From Eledone cirrhosa (taxonomy: Eukaryota): DNA of 64,000 bases. The notes under the pieces are model-generated. The model had not been told where the DNA came from. It saw only the letters and a program-made list of their open reading frames with translations, and made no database searches. The position numbers and the translations under genes are program-made. The stretch is taken from NCBI GenBank assembly GCA_964016885.1, contig OZ024759.1, positions 20,026,001 to 20,090,000 of the forward strand, written 5' to 3'. Of the stretch, positions 53,980 to 64,000 are shown in pieces; the stretch's first letter is position 1; each line of letters opens with the position of its first letter.

Positions 53980-54972
53980 ATCATCATCATCATCATCATC
54001 ATCACCGTTTTACGTCCGTTCTTCCACGCTAGCATGGGTTAGACGGGTTGTCCTGTTGTGGGCAGTGTCTGGTCGGCTGACCATGCCTTGCTCATACAGG
54101 AACTGATCTGGCTTGATTTCTACAGCTGGATGCCCTTCCTAACACCAACCTCATTTACAGTGAGTGCTGGGTGCTTTTTCGTGGCGCCTACACGTCCACT
54201 TTACAGTGTGGGCTGGGTGCTTTTTTGCCGTGGCACCTCCACGACCACCTTGCGGTGGGGGGGGGGGGCATATTGTTTATATGCTTCAGCATGTACCCAT
54301 GGGAGGTCGGGTACCCTGTATTACTGCGTGACGCCAGAAGTCACGGTCGTGTGTCATTGACTTTGAGAGGTGTAGTTGGGTAAGGTCGGCTTTTATCACC
54401 TCATCCCAAGTCATCTTGGGTCTCCCCACTCCGCGGTTTCCATCAACTTCTAGTGCTCTGCACCTTTTTATGCAGCTGTCATCCTTCATACGCATCACAT
54501 GTCCATACCAGCGTAACCGCCTCTCCTGCACGCAGCATTTGATTCCTCTTATGCTCAGTCTCTCTCTCAATTCATTTATGCTTTGTCGTTCACGTATATT
54601 ACTGTTACACATCCATCGGAGCATGCAGGCTTCGTTTCTCTCTAATCTCCGTAAGTCTTCCACCTTCAGCGCCCAGGTCTCACTACCATGCAACATCGCT
54701 GTTCGGATACACGCATCATACAGTCTGCCTTTCATTCTGAGGGAGAAGCCTTTTGCAGCTAGCAGTGGTAGTAGTTCCCTAAACTTCTTCCATCCCGTTC
54801 TTACCCTAGTTATTGTACTTTCTGAGCACCCACCTCCGTTGCTAATTCGGTCACCTAGGTAGCAGAAGCTGTCTACTGTTTCTACAGGGCCCTCCCAGAG
54901 ATTGGTGGTACTTGTTTCCTGTGGCTGTTTGCTTGCTGTTTCAGCACAGCTGCTGCATGTGAATCCTACATT
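53980..54972 (-). mobile_element. RTE LINE 3' fragment with 3' UTR
   Basis: VDSFCYLGD..GWKKFRELLPLL..LHGSETW..RRLRWYGHVMR..GRPKMTW, with (CAT)n tail at 53980. Confidence 0.92.
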
Positions 54973-55055
54973 CTTAAGTATATATGTATATATGTATGTG
55001 TGTGTGTATGTGTGCATGCTTACATTTATATATATATGTATATATATATATATAT

Positions 55056-55702
55056 ATGCAGGGCGATAAAAATAGACGGTAGCCATGGAGTAGGCAGACC
55101 CAGAAAAACCTGGGATGACCTGTTAAATTCCGACCTCACACACTTACACCTCTCCAAGATAATGTCACTGGACCGAGATCTTTGGCGCTACACAGTCATA
55201 CAGAAGACCCGCCTTGCCTAAGTACAAAGCGAAACCTACAGTCAGTAGGCACCTCTAACAAAATACCCCCCCCCGTCCACACCACCCCCTTAAATGTGAA
55301 GTTATGTTGGTACCACAACATCCAGTCCGAAACAAATGAGGTCGTGTAGGTGTTACGACAAAAAAAACACACAGTCCACGCTGTAATGTGGCCGTGTAGG
55401 TAACACGGTAAAAACCTCCCCGTTTCACACTGTAAACGTGGTTGGTGTTAGGAAGGGCATCCAGCCGTAGAAAACCCGCCAGACAGTCCACGCTGTAATG
55501 TGGCCGTGTAGGCAACACGGTAAAAACCTCCCAGCCCCACACTGTAAACGTGGTTGGTGTTAGGAAGGGCATCCAGCCGTAGAAAACCAGCCAGACAGTC
55601 CTATACGAGCAAGACAACACATCTTGCCTCAAGTGGGAAAACTCCCATCCAAACCCATGCAAGCGTGGAAGATGGACGTTAAACGATGATGATGATGATG
55701 AT
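55056..55702 (+). mobile_element. RTE LINE extreme 3' end and 3' UTR, with an internal ~120-bp duplication
   Basis: CRAIKIDGSHGVGRPRKTW. It is the reverse complement of the 23920-24480 family, with duplicated gttggtgttaggaagggcatccagccgtagaaaacc and a (GAT)n tail. Confidence 0.88.
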
Positions 55703-55708
55703 ATATAT

Positions 55709-55896
55709 AATTGTTTCTACTTTTGGCACAAGGCCAGCAAATTACCCAGTACATTACTGGTACTTTATTTTATTGACCCAGTAAGGATGGAAAGCAAAGT
55801 TAACCTCGGCAGGATTTGAACAACTGAGAATGGCAAGGGCCGTAACTCAATGCTGCAAAGCATGGCGTCCGACCCTCTACCGATACTGCCAATCCA
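55709..55896 (-). mobile_element. SINE family A
   Basis: SINE-A core, reverse orientation. Confidence 0.88.
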
Positions 55897-55918
55897 ATAC
55901 TTCAAGGTGGGTTGATTT

Positions 55919-55954
<36 letters not shown>

Positions 55955-56021
55955 GTAGATAAAGGAAATGATAGATATCTTTCTTTATTTGCCATAGGGG
56001 CGGGGGCATACAAAAGGAAAT

Positions 56022-56055
<34 letters not shown>

Positions 56056-56349
56056 GAGAAGGAAAAAGTGTGTTGAGAAAACGGGGGAGATGAGAAAACA
56101 AACAGAGAGAATGAGAGAGAGAGGAGAGATAAAGAAACAAATAGCGAGAGAGAGAAGGTGGGTGGAAGAGAGAGAGGGGGGGGGGAAATAGTTAGAATAA
56201 GTAAAAGACACCAACTCATGATGTTTTGTGAATGCCTAATGGCTTGTTTGGACTTCCAAACAAAACTACATTACATCATGCAAGAGTGATCTGCTAGTAG
56301 GAGGGGTAGGAAGAGAAGTAGAATGGCAGGGGGAGGAGGTGAGGAATAG

Positions 56350-58050
56350 TAGATGGTGGTGGTGGTGGTGGTGGTGATGATGGCGGTAGTGGTGTGGAAG
56401 TGGAGGAGGTAGTGGTGGTGGTGGTGGTGGTGGTAGTGGTGGTGATGATGGCGGTAGTGGTGTGGAAGTGGAGGAGGAGGTGGTGGTGATGGTGGTGGTG
56501 GTGGTGGTGTGGAAGTGGAGGAGGTAGTGGTGGTGGTGGTGGTGGTGGTGTGGAAGTGGGGGAGGTGGTAGTGGTGGTGGTGGCGGTGGTGGTGTGGAGG
56601 AGGTGGTAGAAGTGGAAGTGGTGGTGTGGAGGAGGTGGTAGTGGCGGTGGTGGTGGTGTGGAGGAGGTGGTAGTGGTGGCGGTGGTGGTGTGGAGGAGGT
56701 GGTAGAAGTGGCGGTGGTGGTGTGGAGGAGGTGGTAGTGGTGGCGGTGGTGGTGTGGAGGAGGTGGCGGTGGTGGCGGTGGTGGTGTGGAGGAGGTGGTA
56801 GAAGTGGCGGTGGTGGTGTGGAGGAGGTGGTAGAGGTGGTGGTGGCGGTGGTGGTGTGGAGGAGGTGGTAGAAGTGGCGGTGGTGGTGTGGAGGAGGTTG
56901 TAGAAGTGGCGGTGGTGGTGTGGAGGAGGTGGTAGTGGTGGTGTAGTGTGGAAGGTGGGCTATAAGGGTGTTTGGGTGGATTGTTTCGTTTGTTTCCAAA
57001 TCAACAACACAGCTCTAAAAGTGTTGTGTATCTTGTTGTTATTGTTATGGTATTGTTGTTGTTATGGTATTGTTGTTGTTATGGTATTGTTGTTGTTATG
57101 GTGTTGTTGTTGTTGTGGTGTTGTTATTGTTATGGTTATGGATTTGTTATGGTTATGGTATTGTTGTTGTTGTTATGGTGTTGTTATTGTTATGGTATTG
57201 TTATGGTTTTGTTGTGTTATAGTTTTGTTCTGGTTGTTATTGTTGTTATGATATTGTTTTTGTTGTTGTTATTGTTATGGTGTTGTTATTGTTTTGGTGT
57301 TGTTGCTGTTGTTGTTGTTATGGTATTGTTGTTATTGTTTTGATGTTATAGTATTGTTGCTGTTGTGTTGTTATGGTATTGTTGCTGTTGCTGTTGTTAT
57401 GGTATTGTTGCTTTGTTGTTGTTATGGTATTGTTGCTGTTGTTATTGTTTCAGTAATGTTGCTGCTGTTGTTGGCAGTTGTGGTCCTACTGTTGTTTGTA
57501 TTGTTGGCAGTTGTGGTGCTACTGTTGGTGTTGTTGTTGTTGGCAGTTGTGGTGCTACTGTTGGTGTTGGTTCTATTGGCAGTTGTGGTGCTACTGTTGG
57601 TGTAGGTTTTGTTGGCAGTTGTGGTGCTACTGTTGGTGTTGGTTGTGTTGGCAGTTGTGGTGCTACTGTTGGTGTTGGTTCTATTGGCAGTTGTGGTGCT
57701 ACTGTTGGTGTTGGCAGTTGTGGTGCTACTGTTGGTGTTGGTTGTGTTGGCAGTTGTGGTGCTACTGTTGTGTTAGTTCTGTTGGCAGTTGTGGTGCTAC
57801 TGTTGGTGTAGGTTCTATTGGCAGTTGTGGTGCTACTGTTGGTGTTGGCAGTTGTGGTGCTACTGTTGGTGTAGGTTCTGTTGGCAGTTGTGGTGCTACT
57901 GTTGTGTTAGTTCTGTTGGCAGTTGTGGTGCTACTGTTGGTGTAGGTTCTGTTGGCAGTTGTGGTGCTACTGTTGGTGTAGGTTCTGTTGGCAGTTGTGG
58001 TGCTACTGTTGTGTTAGTTCTGTTGGCAGTTGTGGTGCTACTGTTGGTGT
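56350..58050. repeat. Trinucleotide-derived minisatellites: gtggtgtggaggaggtggta, (GTT)n variants and ttggcagttgtggtgctactgttg
   Basis: Direct reading. Confidence 0.9.
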
Positions 58051-58292
58051 TGTTGTCGGTCGTTGTGCTACTGGACTCATAATGTCAAGGGTTCGATTCC
58101 TGTGCTAGGTTGTGTGTTGTGTTCTTGAGCAAAACACTTCATTTCACATAGCTCCAGTATACTCAGCTGAAAATGGTTACCAGTAATAGCTGGGGGGGGG
58201 GGGGTTAACCCTGTAATGGACTGGCGCCCTGTACTCTCTGTCGCTTCATGCCATGAAACTGGGATAAGTACCGGCCAAATGAGCCTTCTGGC

Positions 58293-58750
58293 TTAACCCT
58301 TTAGCATTCACATTACTCTATATATATATACTTGTTTCTACTTTTGGCACAAGGCCAGCAATTACCCCAGTACATTACTGGTACTTTATTTTATCGACCC
58401 CCGTAAGGATGAAAGGCAAAGTTAACCTCGGCGGGATTTGAACTCAGACCGTAAAGGGACGTAACTATGCTGGAAAGCATGGCGTCCGACTCTCTACTGA
58501 TACTGCCAATCCACCGCCCTTATATATATATATATACTATATATATATATACTATTGTATATATATATACTATTGTATTTTGTTAGTAAACACTTTATCT
58601 TACATAATTATCTCACATAATATCGAATCTATGAGATTTTGATGTTATTTATCTTGAGAACAATACCTTAACATCAGTATGAGTGGTCAGTCACAGCTGG
58701 TTTGAACAGAAAGAGGTGAGTTACAGCCGGTTTGAATGCTAAAGGTTTAA
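58293..58750 (+). mobile_element. piggyBac-type MITE with nested SINE-A (58332-58520, -)
   Basis: ttaaccctttagcatt start and aatgctaaaggtttaa end; the SINE is inserted in the internal TA run. Confidence 0.87.
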
Positions 58751-60794
58751 GACAGACTTTAGACTTTAGATATACGTGGATGGGGGAGGTGGTGGTGCAT
58801 ATATGTGGGTGGGGAGGATGTGTGGTTGTTGTTAAGTTGCAGCATTAAGATCAAAGGGAGTAGATGAGGATGAAAAAAATGGATGATGATGATGTTGGTG
58901 TTGGTGATGATGATGATGATGATGTTGGTGTTGGTGATGATGATAATGATGCTGATGATAGTAGTTATGGTAGTGATGGTGATGATGTTGGTGTTGGTGG
59001 TAGTGATGGTGATGATGATGATGATGGTGGTAGTGATGGTGATGATGATGATGAATGTAGTGGTGATGATAGCAATGGTAGTTATGGTAACTGTGTTGGT
59101 GATGATGGTGGTGATGACACTCATGGTAGTTATGGTGATAATGGTTATAGTGATGATGATAGTGATGATGATAGTGATGATAGTAATGCTGGTGGTGATG
59201 ATGATGATGATGGTGATGATGGTGGTGATGGTGATGATGATGGTGATGGTGGTGGTGATGGTGGTGATGATGATGGTGATGGAGGTGATGATGATGGTGA
59301 TGGGGCTGATGATGATGATGATGGTGTTGATGGTGATGATGATGGTGACATATGCAGATGATGTCAACAGTAACGAGGTATGTCAATCATGACATCAGTG
59401 GTGGTGTCATAGACACTAGTAGTGGTGGTGGTGGTGGTGGTAGTGGTGGTGGTGGGTGTAGTAGAGGTGTTGGTGGTAGTGGTGGTAGTGATAGAGGTGT
59501 TGGTGGTAGAGGTGGTAGTGGTGGTAGTAGTAGTGTTGGTCGTGGTGGTGGTGGTAGTGGTAGAGGTGGTGGTGGTAGTAGAGGTGTTGGTAGTAGTAGT
59601 GGTGTTAGAAGAGGGGTGGTAGTGGTTGTGGTGTTAGTTGACATGGTGATGATGGCAGCAGTGGTGGTAGTGGTGACGGTGGTAGTTGTTATGGTGATGA
59701 TAGTAGTGGTGGTGATGTGTTGGTCATGGTAGCGGTGGTGGTGATGGTGGTAGTTTTAGTGGTCATGGTGATAATGGTAGTAGTAGTGGTGGCGGTGGTC
59801 ATGATGGGGATGATGGTAGTGGTGGTGGTGGTGGTGATGGTGGTAGTTGTCGTGGTGATGATGGTAGAAGTGGTGGTGGTGGTGGTCGTGATGGTGGTGG
59901 TGATGGGGATGATGGTAGTGGTAGTGGTGGTGGTGATGGTGGTAGTTGTCGTGGTGATGATGGTAGTAGTGGTGGTGGTGGTGGTGAGGAGGAAGGAGAA
60001 GGAACATGTCTTTTCCTTTGTAAATCAAAGTTCAAACGAAAAGAAAAGAAAAAGAGAGAGAAAGACAAAAGTAAAGGAAAGAAGCTGTATATATGGGAGA
60101 AGGAGAGGGAGAGAATGAGAGAGACAGAGAGAGGATCAGAGAGAGAGTGGAGAAAGATAGATATATATATAGAGAGAGACAGAGTGGAGAAAGATAGATA
60201 TATATATATATAGAGAGAGAGAGAGAGTGGAGAAAGATATATATATATATATAGAGAGAGAGAGGGAGAAAGAAAGAGACAAAGAGGAGCAAGAGAGAGG
60301 CAGAGAGAAAGCGATAGAGAGTTAGAAAGAAAGAGAGAGGGAGAGAGAGAGAGGTAGAGAGAAAGAGACACAGGAAGAGAGAATTAGAAAGAGAGGGAGA
60401 GAGGAGAGATAGATATGTAGAGAGAGAGGTAGAGAGACAGATTTCGAGAGAGAAGTAGAGAGAAAGCAAGAGAGTCAGAGAGAAAAAGACAGAAAGAGAG
60501 AGAGGTAGAGAGAATGAGAAAGAAAGTCGGAGAGAAAGAGACAAAGAGGTAGAGAGAGTGGTAGAGACAGAGGGAGAGAGATTTAGAGAGAAAGACAGAG
60601 AGTGAAAGAGAGAGAGAGGTTCTTTGATATTTCTGAAATGCAAAGCTTGAATCATGGAATAGAAGAATAAGAAGTATTGCAGAATATGTGAATGTGAGAA
60701 TAGGAAATATAAGGTGGGAGTTGGGAGGTGTTTGTGTATGAATGTGGGGGGGTTATATAGGTAGAGCGTAACCCTGGCATTTGTGGAAGTTACC

Positions 60795-61226
60795 TCAACC
60801 CTTTAGCATTCACATTACTCCATATATACTATTGTATTTTCATGGTAAAGGCTTTATCTCACATAAATATCTCACATAATATTGAATCTATGAGATTTTG
60901 ATATTATATATTTTTAGAATGATGGTGGATTGGCAGAATCGGTAGAGGGTCGGACGCCATGCTTTCCATCATAGTTACGTCCCTTTATGGTCTGAGTTCA
61001 AATCTCGCCGAGGTTAACTTTGCCTTTCATCCTTACGGGGTCGATAAAATAAAGTACCAGTAATGTACTGGGATAATTGCTGGCCTTGTGCCAAAAGTAG
61101 AAACATTTATTTATTTTGAAAACAATACCTTAACATCAGTATGAGCAGCCGGCTACAGCCGGTTTGAACCGAAAGAGGTGAGAGAATTCTGGCCGGATAT
61201 GGCCGGTTTAAATGCTAAAGGGTTAA
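60795..61226 (+). mobile_element. piggyBac-type MITE with nested SINE-A (60923-61105, +)
   Basis: ccctttagcatt...aatgctaaagggttaa; the SINE-A core interrupts the body. Confidence 0.87.
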
Positions 61227-61679
61227 TAGAGTACCAGTAACGCACTGAGGTCTTTATAATCAACTTTAACCTGTAAATATCGTCATTATAATGATAATGC
61301 AAATAATGATTATCATCATTATAATCATCATCATCGACACCAGCATAATCAACATCATTACCACACCTGTTACCATCATCATCATCATCATAACCAATGT
61401 CACCACCAACACCATCACCAACATCACCACCACCACCACCACCACCATAACCACCACATGCACTACCACCACCACCACCACCATCACCACCACCACCATC
61501 ACTGCCATCATCACCACCACCACCACCACCATCAACACCACCACTGTCACCATCAACACCACAACCCTCATCACAACCACCGCCACCATCATCATCAACA
61601 CCCTCACCACCACCACAACCACCACCACCACCATCATCATCATCAACATTATTGCTTTATTAAATTATATTTTAACGTA

Positions 61680-62417
61680 TATATGTATATATGTTTGTAT
61701 ATATGTATATATGTTTGTATATATGTATATATGTTTGTATATATGTATGTATGTATACATGTATGTATATATATATATGTATATATGTATATATGTTTGT
61801 ATATATGTATGTATATATGGATATATATTTGGATATATGTATATATGTATGTATATTTGTATATATGTTTGTATATATGTATGTATATATGTATATATAT
61901 TTGTATATATGTATATATGTATGTATATATGTATATATATTTGTATATATGTATATATCTATGTATATATGTTTGTATATATGTTTGTATATATGTATAT
62001 ATGTATGTGTATATATGTTTATATGTTTGTATATATGTATATATGTATGTATATATGTATATATATTTGGATATTTGTATATATGTTTGTATATATGTAT
62101 ATATGTTTGTATATATGTTTGGATATATGTATATATGTATGTATATATGTATGTATATATGTATATATGTTTGTATATATGTATATATATTTGGATATAT
62201 GTATATATGTATATATATATGTATATATGTTTGTATATATGTTTGTATTTATGTATGTATATATGTATATATGTATGTGTATATATGTATATATGTTTGT
62301 ATATATGTATATATGTATGTATATATGTATATATATTTGGATATATGTCTATATGTACATCTGTATATATGTATATATGTTTGGATATATGTTTGTATAT
62401 ATGTATATATGTTTGGA

Positions 62418-62465
<48 letters not shown>

Positions 62466-62471
62466 TATATG

Positions 62472-62502
<31 letters not shown>

Positions 62503-62830
62503 GTTTGGATATATGTATATATATATATGTATATATGTTTGTATACATGTATGTTTTTGTACAATAATAATTCCATGGTTGTTTTAATAGATATCACCAA
62601 GACAAATCTGATAGACTTAAAATTAGAAATAAAATCTCTAATTAGCATAAATATTGATTAATTTAGTTAGTTAGTAGTTGCGGTGGTGGTGGTGGTGGTG
62701 GTGGGGCAGGTGATTGTGGTGGTGGGGCAGGTGATTGTGGTGGTGGTGCAGGTGATTGTGGTGGTGGGGCAGGTGATTGTGGTGGTGGGGCAGGTGATTG
62801 TGGTGGGGGGGGGGCAGGGGATTGTGGTGG
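61680..62830. repeat. (TA/TG)-derived minisatellite plus a 21-bp ggtggggcaggtgattgtggt repeat (62700-62830)
   Basis: Direct reading. Confidence 0.88.
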
Positions 62831-62871
62831 GGCTGCCAAATAAAACAAAATTATGAATAAAGGTTTCTGAT

Positions 62872-63316
62872 TTAGACACAAGGCTAACAATTTTTTTGTG
62901 GAGGGGAAAGTCGATTAAATCGACCCAAGTATTTGATTGGTACCTTATTTTATCGACCCCGGAAGGGTGAAGGGCAAAGTTAGGCAAAGTCAGCAGAATT
63001 TGAACTTAGAATGTAAAGGGCCATAACTATGCCACGAAGCAAGTTGTCTGATGCTCTACTGATTCTGCCAATCCAATATACTGACGAAATTATGAATAAT
63101 TGTTTCTACTTTTAGGCACAAAGCCAGCAATTTGAACAGGAGGGGAAACCGATCAATCAACCCCAGTGCATTACTGGTACTTTATTTTATCAACCCTGTA
63201 AGGATGAAAGGCAAAGTTATCCGCGGTGGGATTTGAACAAAGATCATAAAGGGTCGTAACTCTATGCAGCAAAGCATGTTGTCCGACTCTCTACTGATAC
63301 TGCCAATCCACCGCCA
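62872..63316 (-). mobile_element. Two adjacent SINE-A copies (~62872-63075 and ~63098-63316)
   Basis: Two reverse SINE-A cores, each ending ctgccaatcca. Confidence 0.87.
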
Positions 63317-63327
63317 TTACAAAATTA

Positions 63328-63470
63328 TCTATATATCTAAAACAGAGAATGTCTGTCTGTCTGTCTGTCTGACTGACTCTCTAAAACTCGAGAACCACCC
63401 AACCGATTGTTTTCAAACTTTACACATGTAATACTTATGGTCCTGTGAGTGTTTTGGGACTGCATTAGGC
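63328..63470 (+). mobile_element. Non-autonomous Helitron-like 5' fragment
   Basis: A|TCTATATATCTAAAAC start, (TGTC)n microsatellite, then aaccgatt..tcaaacttt, the layout typical of microsatellite-bearing Helitron elements. Confidence 0.55.
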
Positions 63471-63690
63471 GATTTAGTGATCTCTCTCTATAATTCTTAG
63501 TCTGTCTTTTTAGATAGATACATAGCTAGCTATAACGTTGCGCTCTTATAATATCTGTCTGCATTACAACATTATGACGCTATCTGTTTATTTTTCTGCG
63601 CATATTAAAATAAAATATGCTAATTGCTGTGTAAATATTATATTATAACATGGAATATTTACCATTTCCCAATTATTTACATGCATCATG

Positions 63691-64000
63691 TGGAGGCACA
63701 TGGCTTAATGGTTAGAGTATTGGCCTTGCAATCGAAAGGTTGTGAGTTCAATTCTCAGACCGGGTGATGTGTTGTTTCCTTGAGCAAGACACTTTATTTC
63801 ACATTGCTCCAGTTTACTCAGCTGTAGAAATGAGATGATAGGGACTGGGGTCCCTATCATTCCACTGCAAAGTGGTCGTGAAGGTGCCACGGCAAAAAAG
63901 CACCCAGCACTCACTGTAAATGAGGTTGGTGTTAGGAAGGGCATCCGGCTGTAGAAATCAAGCCAGAATCAGTTCCCGTCCCACCCTTGCAAGCAGGGAA
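63691..64000 (+). mobile_element. SINE family B (runs off the window)
   Basis: Near-identical to 30935-31200 and to the reverse complement of 16720-17043. Confidence 0.92.

Noticed and set aside
60640-60713. AKLESWNRRIRSIAEYVNVRIGNIR, loosely like the next expected HEATR4 exon
   Set aside because: There is an in-frame TGA at 60634 with no acceptor after it, and the donor is weak. Probably chance.

Overview
Eukaryotic, AT-rich, microsatellite-saturated DNA. The SINE, MITE and RTE families look like those of an octopod (coleoid cephalopod) genome; this is inference from recalled repeat families. Almost all ORFs in the track are simple-repeat artefacts. One convincing protein-coding exon (32069-32263, +) aligns ungapped to my recollection of HEATR4, so most of the window is probably giant intron. 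The rest comprises tRNA-derived SINEs, RTE, CR1-group and R4/Dong-like LINE fragments, a deleted DD37D (maT) Tc1/mariner, piggyBac-type TTAA MITEs and a Helitron-like fragment. There are two young, homogeneous satellites: 97 bp x ~56 and 115 bp x ~28. Most notable: (i) at least six minimal type-I hammerhead-ribozyme motifs of Penelope-pLTR type, several inside long fold-back palindromes next to (TA)n tracts; (ii) the 115-bp tRNA-SINE-head satellite, in which almost every unit carries a sense-strand polypyrimidine-AG/GCTCAG/GT(or GC)AAG splice cassette, a possible microexon or recursive-splicing array; (iii) the 97-bp satellite, with higher-order repeats and a degenerate hammerhead-like layout. 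Coordinates were counted by eye and may be off by a few bases.
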